DNA of 34,190 nt. Origin: a virus (lineage: Duplodnaviria > Caudoviricetes). Under the pieces are notes generated by a model. That model worked only from the letters and a program-made list of their open reading frames with translations, did not search any database and was not told the origin of the DNA. Location of the stretch: the IMG/VR virus record IMGVR_UViG_3300011337_000727, positions 1-34,190 of that record; one strand, 5' to 3'. Made by a program: the position numbers and the translations under genes. This document shows positions 10,006 to 17,308 of this stretch, one piece after another. The stretch's first letter is position 1, and each line of letters begins with the position of its first letter.

Positions 10006-12533
10006 TGCCATCACCAAAAAGAATTCGACTTCGTGATCTGAGGAAATCTCCCGGATTCGTAACGCACGAACAACTTGCCAGCGTAATTGATGCGGTGGTT
10101 TTGATTGATGAACAGACAGGCGGCGGCGGCGGTGGTTCTTCTTGGTTTGATGGTGCCGGTACACCATCTTCTGGATTGGGTGTAAATGGTGATTACTATT
10201 TAAACACAACCAACGGCGATGTATATGAGAAAGCTGGAGGAACTTGGACGCTTGTTGGTAATATAAAAGGGCCAGCCGGAACCAATGGCACAAACGGTGT
10301 TGGTGTTCCAGTAGCTGGAACCGCCGGCCAGATCTTGGCGAAAATTGATGCGACCAATTACAACACGGAATGGATTGACAATTTTACCAGCCAGGTTAAA
10401 CATGAAGTTAAAGCCGGTGTGGCATTGACCAAAGGTCAGGCGGTTTATGTTAGTGGTTCAACCGGCGGAAGCGGAACCAATATGATTGTTCTAAAATCTG
10501 ATAATACCACGGAATCCCAATCAAGTAAAACCATGGGATTGATTGCTCAGGATTTAGCCGTTAATGGATTTGGTTATGTAATTACAGAAGGATTATTGGC
10601 TGGGCTTGATACTAGCGCAGCCGGTGCAGCTGGCGATCCAGTATGGCTTGGAACAAATGGTAATCTACTTTATGGAATTGCCAATAAACCAAGCGCGCCA
10701 GCGCACATGGTTTTTATTGGTATTGTTACAAGAAAGCAATCTGTAAATGGCGAAATATTTGTCAATGTTCAAAATGGATTTGAACTTCAGGAATTGCACA
10801 ATGTGGCAATTACTAGTGTTGCAAATGCCCAGCTGCTGATGTATGAATCTGCCACATTTCTTTGGAAGAATAAAACGCTGGCGCAGATTATAACCGAAGC
10901 ACTTGGAAATGGAACTCCCGGGCAATTACTTCAGACAGATGGATCAGGTGTATTCAGTTGGCAGAATATTCCGGATGCATCGGATGTGATGAAAGGATTG
11001 GTGAGCATATCTAATCAGACATTTGCTGGAATAAAGAGTTTTTCCAATGGGACAAGCGCTGGAGAAATTAGATTATTTGAACCATCGGGCAGCGGAGTGC
11101 ATTGGGTTGCTTTAAAATCCCAGGCAATGGCAGCCGATTATTCCATCACCTTACCAGCAGCTGCACCAACTGGCGCACAATATTTGCAATCGACTGGAGT
11201 GGGCGGAGTTTTACAATGGACATCGGGAACAACTACTGGTGTGAGTAGTATTGGAACTATAAACTCGGCAACTAAAAACCCAAATGGAGCAGTAATATCA
11301 GGTTCAAATATTATTATGCAAACGGCTGATGCCACCAATGTTGGATTAGTTAGTATTGGAACACAGATTTTTGCAGGTGCAAAGACATTTAATCTTCCAG
11401 GTTCATCAGGATCGGCTATTACTTTAAGCGGGGTTGGCGATGCCGTTAATGCTCAACTAACTTTTAGTTCAGCAACTTCATGGATAAATTTTAATGCAAA
11501 TGCTGGTAACAATCCAACATTTACAAATAGAAGTACAGGAACAAGAATTGTTTTATTCCCATATGTATCTCCTAATTCATTGGATTGGGCAATTGGATGG
11601 ACCACAGGTCCAGGATCATTATGGTTAAGCAGTCCAGCTTTCATTGATTTTTATGCAAATAGTGGAGGAGGGGTTACTACTCCAATTTCAGCAGGTAGAT
11701 TTCAATATGATGGGATAGTTAGGGGGTTGAATTTAACTGCTTCAACAGATGCAAATTTTACAATTCCTCAACTAGTAATAAGTGGAGGTAGTTGTCAATT
11801 TATTTCTTTTCCTAATTCTTCTGGAGCTGGGGCTCCGAGATTCACAACCAGAAGCGCAGGAACAAGAATTGTTTTATATCCATATGTATCTGCCAGTAGT
11901 TTAGATTGGGCAATTGGATGGACATCAGGTCCAGGCGCATTATGGTTAAGCAGTCCATCACATATTGAATTTTATGCTAATAGTGGAGGAGGGGTTACTA
12001 CTCCAATTTCATCAGGCAGATTCCAATATGATTTGAACGTTAGGGGATTGAATTTAAATGCTTCAACAGATGCAACCGCTTCAATTCCTCAACTATTGAT
12101 AAGTGGAGCAATTGCAAGTTGGATGAGTTTTGGAACTGTTGGTGGTGGGAATCCTACTTTAACCGATAGAAGTGTTGGAACAAGAATTGTTTTGCGTCCA
12201 TTTGTAGGTGCCAGTACCTTAGATTGGGCAATTGGATTTACTCCAGGTCCAGGCGCATTATGGTTTACTTCCCCAGCAGGGATTCAATTCTATACAAACA
12301 GTTCAATCACTGCGAGAGCAACAATTGATTCAAGTGGTTTAACTTTAGTAGCTGCAAGTGCATATAGAATAGGAACTTCTCAAGTAGTCGGAGCAAGAAT
12401 AAACGGATGGGGTGCGCCAACTGCAACACAATTGAGGAGCGCATTAACTAATTCGTCAACTGCCACAGATGTTTTGCAAACACTTTCAGCTTTAATTGTA
12501 GATTTAAGAACTCACGGATTAATAAATAACTAA
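10005..12533 (+). CDS. Tail fibre / receptor-binding protein
   Basis: 842 aa, Gly/Ser/Thr-rich; GTPSSGLGVNGDYYLNTTNGDVY motif; short collagen-like stretch; C-terminal DLRTHGLI. Confidence 0.85.
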   Translation: MPSPKRIRLRDLRKSPGFVTHEQLASVIDAVVLIDEQTGGGGGGSSWFDGAGTPSSGLGVNGDYYLNTTNGDVYEKAGGTWTLVGNIKGPAGTNGTNGVGVPVAGTAGQILAKIDATNYNTEWIDNFTSQVKHEVKAGVALTKGQAVYVSGSTGGSGTNMIVLKSDNTTESQSSKTMGLIAQDLAVNGFGYVITEGLLAGLDTSAAGAAGDPVWLGTNGNLLYGIANKPSAPAHMVFIGIVTRKQSVNGEIFVNVQNGFELQELHNVAITSVANAQLLMYESATFLWKNKTLAQIITEALGNGTPGQLLQTDGSGVFSWQNIPDASDVMKGLVSISNQTFAGIKSFSNGTSAGEIRLFEPSGSGVHWVALKSQAMAADYSITLPAAAPTGAQYLQSTGVGGVLQWTSGTTTGVSSIGTINSATKNPNGAVISGSNIIMQTADATNVGLVSIGTQIFAGAKTFNLPGSSGSAITLSGVGDAVNAQLTFSSATSWINFNANAGNNPTFTNRSTGTRIVLFPYVSPNSLDWAIGWTTGPGSLWLSSPAFIDFYANSGGGVTTPISAGRFQYDGIVRGLNLTASTDANFTIPQLVISGGSCQFISFPNSSGAGAPRFTTRSAGTRIVLYPYVSASSLDWAIGWTSGPGALWLSSPSHIEFYANSGGGVTTPISSGRFQYDLNVRGLNLNASTDATASIPQLLISGAIASWMSFGTVGGGNPTLTDRSVGTRIVLRPFVGASTLDWAIGFTPGPGALWFTSPAGIQFYTNSSITARATIDSSGLTLVAASAYRIGTSQVVGARINGWGAPTATQLRSALTNSSTATDVLQTLSALIVDLRTHGLINN
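11510..12300 (+). repeat. Three tandem ~320-bp in-frame repeats in the tail fibre
   Basis: GGAACAAGAATTGTTTT at 11538, 11859 and 12177 (periods 321 and 318 bp); peptide GTRIVL.P....LDWAIG...GPG.LW. Confidence 0.9.
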
Positions 12534-12841
12534 TGAACACTATAATTGTACCAATTTCAAACGAACCAAATTTTGGATTTAAAAGAACTGCATCCATGGC
12601 AGCTTTACAAATCAATGCACTTCCATTTGTAGGCGAGAATATTAATCTTTTGATTCAGGTTGATTATTTTGAAAATGAAACAAATAATCCAATTTCAATT
12701 ATTCCTCCAAAAAATATTAGTTTATTGGCAACTGGAGAAGAATTTGAATATTATATGGGATTGTTTAACGAACCAGTAATCATTCGTGATTTAGTAATTG
12801 CCAAAATTCAGGAAGCAGATCAACAACAAAAATTCGATTAA
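12533..12841 (+). CDS. Fibre-associated protein (chaperone-like)
   Basis: 102 aa; start overlaps the fibre stop. Confidence 0.55.
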   Translation: MNTIIVPISNEPNFGFKRTASMAALQINALPFVGENINLLIQVDYFENETNNPISIIPPKNISLLATGEEFEYYMGLFNEPVIIRDLVIAKIQEADQQQKFD

Positions 12842-12842
12842 A

Positions 12843-13250
12843 ATGATTTCATACAAAAACGCTTTTCAGATTAAAAGTTTCAACGATGGCATAAAATCAA
12901 TCCCTAATGTAGAGGATTATACACCGGTAGTCCAGCTGGGCAAAATGGTAAAAAGACTTCAGCCGATTTTTGAAATGATTAATGAGGAAATCGATGATTT
13001 AAGAATTGAACACTGCCACAAGGATAAAAATAAAATTACAAGGGATGCCCAGGGTAATTATGAGTTTACCGCTGATGGAGAAAGAGCATTCAGAAAAGCA
13101 TATAAAGAACTTTTAAAAAAAGATGTGGCATTTGAATTCACACCATTGAATTATTCTGAACTGTGCGAGGTTTTACCGGCAGACTTTTCAAAGCATAATG
13201 CTTGGGAAGATGTATCCGAAATTTTAGAACCATTTTATTTTAAACCTTAA
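12843..13250 (+). CDS. Hypothetical protein at end of tail module
   Basis: ATG at 12843 within the tracked ORF; helical, charged protein. Confidence 0.7.
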   Translation: MISYKNAFQIKSFNDGIKSIPNVEDYTPVVQLGKMVKRLQPIFEMINEEIDDLRIEHCHKDKNKITRDAQGNYEFTADGERAFRKAYKELLKKDVAFEFTPLNYSELCEVLPADFSKHNAWEDVSEILEPFYFKP

Positions 13251-13304
13251 CAAATTATAATTCAGGAGTTTGCAAAAGATTCCTGAAATTATTTTAATAA
13301 AAAG

Positions 13305-13345
13305 TGTGCAACCTATTGCACATTTAGAAAATGGTGGTACATTTG
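13305..13345 (+). promoter_or_regulatory. Bacteroidota housekeeping-sigma promoter with overlapping palindromic operator
   Basis: TTG (13316)-N19-TACATTTG (13338-13345) fits the -33/-7 consensus; TGTGCAA-CCTA-TTGCACA (13305-13322) overlaps the -33 box. Confidence 0.75.
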
Positions 13346-13381
13346 TATCACTGCAACGGAGCAGAAATAAACAGAAGCAAA

Positions 13382-13579
13382 ATGAAATTAGTAATCACAG
13401 CAGCAAATTTTTCAAACTTTAAAGTTCAAATTTTAAATGCTTGTTCAATTTTTGGTAATGTTAATCACCCAGATACATGGGCAACATCATTAAACTTGTT
13501 TGACTTTGATGAAGCTGGAGAAGATTTGGCATCAAGCTTATTGATTGAAACTTATTATTCACAGCTAAAAGCATTGTAA
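13382..13579 (+). CDS. Small early hypothetical protein
   Basis: ATG 13382 downstream of the promoter with an A-rich leader. Confidence 0.7.
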   Translation: MKLVITAANFSNFKVQILNACSIFGNVNHPDTWATSLNLFDFDEAGEDLASSLLIETYYSQLKAL

Positions 13580-13590
13580 TTTTTAAAATT

Positions 13591-13686
13591 ATGCAACTTC
13601 CTGAAACCCCTTTTAAAGAAAATCTTTACCATCTGTTAAGATTCTTTGCATTTCTGATTGCCGCAATGGCACTAACTTCTTTTTAA
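13591..13686 (+). CDS. 31-aa membrane peptide (not in ORF track)
   Basis: MQLPETPFKENLYHLLRFFAFLIAAMALTSF; AT-rich leader; fills an operon gap. Confidence 0.5.
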   Translation: MQLPETPFKENLYHLLRFFAFLIAAMALTSF

Positions 13687-13705
13687 TTTTAAACAAACAA
13701 AAGCG

Positions 13706-13843
13706 ATGAAAAAATTCATGAAAGTCAAAATGGTAAAAACAGTAATTGGCCGCCAGTTTATTGTTGAATCCTGGTACCAGTTTAATGGCACCAATCATCT
13801 GGTGGATCGTAAAATTGTAAATGACCTGAAATCATGGTTATAA
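13706..13843 (+). CDS. 45-aa hypothetical protein (not in ORF track)
   Basis: MKKFMKVKMVKTVIGRQFIVESWYQ..; overlaps the next start. Confidence 0.55.
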   Translation: MKKFMKVKMVKTVIGRQFIVESWYQFNGTNHLVDRKIVNDLKSWL

Positions 13844-14052
13844 GCCATTTTATAATTGAAAACACAAATGGCATCAGGGAAATGGTGCATTTTTTAAATC
13901 TCAAACAATCCGAAAAATTCAATGTCCCAGCTGCCAACAGTAGGGTAAACGATTGGGTCAATATTCGCCCGGATTTTTCGGGCAAAATCATCAGTATTCG
14001 CCACGATTTTTATGATGAAAATGGAAAACTTATCAGCAAATTAAAATTATGA
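13834..14052 (+). CDS. Hypothetical protein
   Basis: 72 aa; ATGA overlap with the next gene. Confidence 0.6.
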   Translation: MVISHFIIENTNGIREMVHFLNLKQSEKFNVPAANSRVNDWVNIRPDFSGKIISIRHDFYDENGKLISKLKL

Positions 14053-14264
14053 ACGATGAAATCAGAAGCATTTTTACAAGGCTTAAGGCGGAGCGCATTC
14101 GCCAGCGCAAATCTCAAACAGAGATTGCGAAATCAATGGGGATTGATCGGTCAGCAGTTTCGAAAATGGAGACTGGTCGAAATATCAGCCTTAATCGGAC
14201 TTTACAATATGCCCGAATCCTGGGATATAAAATCAAAATTGAAACTGATGGAATTGAAAATTAA
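14049..14264 (+). CDS. XRE-family helix-turn-helix regulator
   Basis: LKAERIRQRKSQTEIAKSMGIDRSAVSKMETG is a classic HTH_3 pattern. Confidence 0.9.
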   Translation: MNDEIRSIFTRLKAERIRQRKSQTEIAKSMGIDRSAVSKMETGRNISLNRTLQYARILGYKIKIETDGIEN

Positions 14265-14559
14265 GTTGGGGCGGAAGTATTGGACAATCAAACCTCCAAT
14301 GGATATATCTGATCCATTTGTTCACCCATGGTTGGTTCAGTTTTATTCCTCCGATCAAGGGGTTGATTTTTTCCGGGATGATGCTGGAAACGGTTTTTTG
14401 ATGTCCAGCGAGAAATCGCCAGGGGAATTCCTTTTTGAATCCGCAGACACGGCATTGAATGCCTATTACCACCGAAAAATCCAGCTTAACGAAGCCAAAA
14501 TTTTTGAACTGCTGGAAGAAAACAAGATTTTTTACACGATGATCAAGTCAATCATATGA
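14248..14559 (+). CDS. Hypothetical protein
   Basis: ATG 14248 preferred, to avoid full overlap with the HTH gene; ATGA-coupled to the next gene. Confidence 0.65.
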   Translation: MELKIKLGRKYWTIKPPMDISDPFVHPWLVQFYSSDQGVDFFRDDAGNGFLMSSEKSPGEFLFESADTALNAYYHRKIQLNEAKIFELLEENKIFYTMIKSII

Positions 14560-14861
14560 ATGATTTTAATAAGTTATGTGCATTTGTGAAATGCACCCTA
14601 ATCACCAGCGAAGTTGTCCACTATTCGGGTAAGCAGATGCGCCATGAAGTGAGGCACCATTTCAACCAGGTAAAAAATGCTTGCACTTTGTTTGAAAAAT
14701 TTATCCACAGGGAACTTGGCCCAATGGCAAAAGATGAGGATGAAATTAATTCTGAAATCTGCAATCTGGTTTGGCAGATTTTCGACATGGAGCCGCAGAC
14801 CAGGGAGAATTTTTTAAAACACATGGATAAATTTGAATATGACGAGCCAAAACAGAAATGA
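14556..14861 (+). CDS. Hypothetical protein
   Basis: 101-aa helical ORF in a coupled operon. Confidence 0.7.
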   Translation: MNDFNKLCAFVKCTLITSEVVHYSGKQMRHEVRHHFNQVKNACTLFEKFIHRELGPMAKDEDEINSEICNLVWQIFDMEPQTRENFLKHMDKFEYDEPKQK

Positions 14862-15144
14862 TATTCTTGACCACCAGCTGGCAGAAATTAAAAAAATAAT
14901 AACGAGCAAAAGCCAAGACTATGCCGGCGAGGATGATGTCCTGAAAGCATTTCGGCAAGTGGGAGAATTACTTGAAATGGACATGGAATCGGTTTGCCAT
15001 GTTTTCATTGGGACAAAAATTGTTCGTTTGCGGAACTTATCTGAAGCTGGAAGGATTCCAAATCACGAATCCATCCGGGATACCATCCGTGATCTTCAGT
15101 GTTACTCCCTGATTTTGGAGCACATTTACTTGAGCGAAACTTAA
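14833..15144 (+). CDS. Nucleotide-modification-associated domain protein (DUF1599-like, all-alpha)
   Basis: KSQDYAG..K..RL..ESIRDTIRDLQCYSLI pattern. Confidence 0.65.
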   Translation: MNMTSQNRNDILDHQLAEIKKIITSKSQDYAGEDDVLKAFRQVGELLEMDMESVCHVFIGTKIVRLRNLSEAGRIPNHESIRDTIRDLQCYSLILEHIYLSET

Positions 15145-15149
15145 AGAGG

Positions 15150-15395
15150 ATGGGAGCGCCAAAAAATAACCAATATGGATTGAAATATCAGTCCAAAATG
15201 GTCAATTCGGTGACCTTTAAAATGCCGAAGCCGGAATGGGAGTTATTTTTATCCTGGGCAGGGCAAAGGTGCCGGTCAGAATTAATCAGAGAAACAATTT
15301 TAAACAGAATCGAAAATGAAAAAACACTGGAGTCCGGAGGAAGACCGAAAATTGGTCAACATTTACCCACGGATGCACAATATGGAGGTTTCTGA
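15150..15395 (+). CDS. Small DNA-binding protein (ribbon-helix-helix-like)
   Basis: MGAPKNNQYG N-terminus; VTFKMP..RSELIRETI. Confidence 0.5.
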   Translation: MGAPKNNQYGLKYQSKMVNSVTFKMPKPEWELFLSWAGQRCRSELIRETILNRIENEKTLESGGRPKIGQHLPTDAQYGGF

Positions 15396-15543
15396 AGCGA
15401 TGCAGCGATCATATGGAAGCGTTGTCGGTAGGGCGCAAGTTCTTGGCCTAAAAAAGGATCCAGCATATATCCGAAGGGATAACGTAAAAGCATTGGCGAT
15501 GTTGGGGATTAGAAAGTACAAATGTTTAAATTATTACAAATGA
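15316..15543 (+). CDS. Myb/HTH-like small protein whose C-terminus is read from attC-like site 0 (interrupted gene)
   Basis: WSPEEDRKL..YP..RS..SV..RA..LGLKK; residues after RRDN lie within the hairpin's left arm and loop. Confidence 0.65.
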   Translation: MKKHWSPEEDRKLVNIYPRMHNMEVSEAMQRSYGSVVGRAQVLGLKKDPAYIRRDNVKALAMLGIRKYKCLNYYK

Positions 15544-15608
15544 AAGTAGAAAGCACAAAAGATGAAATTAAGAACGAAAGCCCCAATATTGCCAATGCAG
15601 TGTTAGCG
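15477..15608 (-). repeat. attC-like site 0
   Basis: GGATAAC (15477-83); arm GCATTGGCGATGTTGGGG (15490-507) pairs with CCCCAATATTGCCAATGC (15581-98) with 2 G:T; GTTAGCG (15602-08). Confidence 0.8.
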
Positions 15609-15623
15609 GATGTGCTGGGTTAA
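15540..15623 (+). CDS. 27-aa leader peptide starting in the attC0 loop
   Basis: MKVESTKDEIKNESPNIANAVLADVLG; ATGA overlap with the upstream stop; start resembles MTIESTN of attC2. Confidence 0.45.
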   Translation: MKVESTKDEIKNESPNIANAVLADVLG

Positions 15624-15657
15624 ATAACGGATTTTTAAACTTTAAAAAATAAATAAA

Positions 15658-15930
15658 ATGTCAAAACAAAAAGAAGTAAAACTCGATGAGATACAAAATG
15701 AAGAAATGTATTGTTTAGTTGCACCTGACGGCTCTGCTCAAATCACAACATTAGCACCTGATTTCGCAATGTGTATCGGAATGGCTAAATTGATGGCAAG
15801 TAAAGGATTAGGTCAACCTGTTGCAGAAATGTTTAGTCAAGGGTATTCAATTCTGCCTGTAAAAGTTACAATGGTTCAAAACGGCACTGCCGAAGATGGG
15901 TTTCAGTCGGCTCGTAAGCATATCCGCTAA
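15658..15930 (+). CDS. Cassette A hypothetical protein
   Basis: 90 aa; stop TAA lies inside CGCTAAC. Confidence 0.8.
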   Translation: MSKQKEVKLDEIQNEEMYCLVAPDGSAQITTLAPDFAMCIGMAKLMASKGLGQPVAEMFSQGYSILPVKVTMVQNGTAEDGFQSARKHIR

Positions 15931-16055
15931 CGTTATCTCGCTATGAGTAGTGGCGGATTTAGAACTACTCACTTTAAATTTAGAAACAATGTCAAAAAAG
16001 AAAACAAAACTTCAAGAACCGATTAACCCGCCATTACTTATAGCGAGTGTTAGCG
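15925..16055 (-). repeat. attC-like site 1
   Basis: CGCTAAC; 20-bp stem 15937-56 / 16028-47 (2 G:T); GTTAGCG 16049-55. Confidence 0.85.
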
Positions 16056-16189
16056 GTAGTGCTACTACATTAAGCGGAACATCGAATAATGGAACAAACT
16101 CAAGTGTAACAACTAAAATAAGTGGTTTGTTTAGTGATAATTTTAGAACGTATTATGTTGACGAGAGTGGCAAAAAGCATTACCGCTAA
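15989..16189 (+). CDS. Cassette B small protein, N-terminus encoded by attC1
   Basis: ATG in the loop; MSKKKTKLQEPINPPLLIASVSGS..; stop in the next CGCTAAC. Confidence 0.6.
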   Translation: MSKKKTKLQEPINPPLLIASVSGSATTLSGTSNNGTNSSVTTKISGLFSDNFRTYYVDESGKKHYR

Positions 16190-16314
16190 CGGTTTTCCGC
16201 TATGAGTAGTGGCGGATTTAGAACTACTCACTTTAAAATTAGCACAAATGACAATAGAAAGCACAAATGTTCAATTACCACTTCAACCGCCATTACTTAT
16301 AGCGGATGTTAGCG
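16184..16314 (-). repeat. attC-like site 2
   Basis: Near copy of site 1 with compensatory changes (CTCGC/GCGAG vs TCCGC/GCGGA); stem 16196-215 / 16287-306. Confidence 0.85.
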
Positions 16315-16652
16315 GTAGTACTTCTTGGGATGAATGGTTATCTGAAACGGAAACCAAACTCAAAGAATTAGGTTACAGGAGATATGTTCAAAATCATAAA
16401 AACGAGGATTTTTGTTATTGTAAAACTTTTAAAAATGGCGAAAATAAAATTTACCAAATAGGCATATTGTTTTATGATTTTAGGAAGTATGCAGACCGTG
16501 ACCCATACGCAAACAGAATAGGAATAATGTATGAGTGTATGGTTTTAGGTGAAGATAGAATTGATATGCGTGTTAGTAAAAACATTGATTTGGTAGAGTT
16601 TGAAAATATGGCACAAACTTTCTACGGAGCGATGTCGCAGTATTACCGCTAA
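16248..16652 (+). CDS. Cassette C hypothetical protein, N-terminus encoded by attC2
   Basis: ATG in the loop; MTIESTNVQLPLQPPLLIADVSGS..; stop in the next CGCTAAC. Confidence 0.75.
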   Translation: MTIESTNVQLPLQPPLLIADVSGSTSWDEWLSETETKLKELGYRRYVQNHKNEDFCYCKTFKNGENKIYQIGILFYDFRKYADRDPYANRIGIMYECMVLGEDRIDMRVSKNIDLVEFENMAQTFYGAMSQYYR

Positions 16653-16739
16653 CGTTTTCGGGCTTGGCGAAGGTTGGCTTGTAGGATGCTCAAATTTAGC
16701 AGAATGTTTCTGCCCACTTTTGCCAAACCCGTGTTATGC
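16647..16739 (-). repeat. attC-like site 3
   Basis: CGCTAAC; stem 16659-78 / 16712-31 (16 Watson-Crick pairs, 2 G:T, 2 mismatches); GTTATGC 16733-39. Confidence 0.8.
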
Positions 16740-16777
16740 GTTCGGGCGGTATTTGAAAACGAATTAAATTTTAAAAT

Positions 16778-17308
16778 ATGAATAGTAAAATAATCAGCTT
16801 CGCAATTGAAGCACACAACAACACTAACCATTTATACGATGGTAAACCTTATTCGGTGCATTTGTCAATGGTAGCAATGATTGCACAAAAGTATATTGAC
16901 TGCATACCTGAACAAGCACAAAGAGATGTATTATCCGCTTGTTGGTTGCACGATACTATTGAGGATTGCAGAATGACTTACAACGACATTAAGCAAGTAG
17001 CTGGCGAAACGGTTGCAAACATTGTTTATGCCGTAACCAATGAAAAGGGTAAGAACAGAAAAGAAAGAGCAAATGATGCTTATTATGATGGTATCAGAAA
17101 AACAATGTGGGCAAAGTATGTAAAGCTATGTGATAGACTTGCAAACGTGCAATACAGCTACGATAATACGTCAAGAATGTATGGTGTTTATCAAAAAGAG
17201 AATGATGCTTTTTTGCAAGCATTGTTTCCCAATGAAAGCGAAATGCACCACTACCGAGATATTGTAAATGATTTGAAAATGTTGTTGGGTTACACGGTCG
17301 TAGCCTGA
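16778..17308 (+). CDS. Cassette D: HD-domain hydrolase, RelA/SpoT hydrolase (SAH/Mesh1)-like
   Basis: FAIEAH..GKPYSVHL..V, ACWLHDTIEDC, VYAVT, VKLCDRLAN motifs. Confidence 0.85.
   Translation: MNSKIISFAIEAHNNTNHLYDGKPYSVHLSMVAMIAQKYIDCIPEQAQRDVLSACWLHDTIEDCRMTYNDIKQVAGETVANIVYAVTNEKGKNRKERANDAYYDGIRKTMWAKYVKLCDRLANVQYSYDNTSRMYGVYQKENDAFLQALFPNESEMHHYRDIVNDLKMLLGYTVVA

Noticed and set aside
11510-12300. Tail-fibre repeats as a diversity-generating retroelement TR/VR pair
   Set aside because: The repeats are in-frame protein domains, differences are not confined to adenines, and no reverse transcriptase is present.
15099-15110. GTTACTCCCT as the start of a fifth cassette pairing with AGGGATAAC (15475-83)
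   Set aside because: The match is imperfect, has no adjoining hairpin and lies within the conserved DLQCYSL coding motif; probably chance.
15950-16247. GTG starts at 15950 and 16209 (MADLELLTL..)
   Set aside because: They lie inside the hairpin left arms; the loop ATGs at 15989 and 16248 have A-rich leaders typical of this genome.
15925-16314. Direct repeats as CRISPR repeats or simple terminators
   Set aside because: The intervening DNA is ORF-sized and variable. The hairpins have long loops, no U-tract, and conserved AAC/GTT cores.
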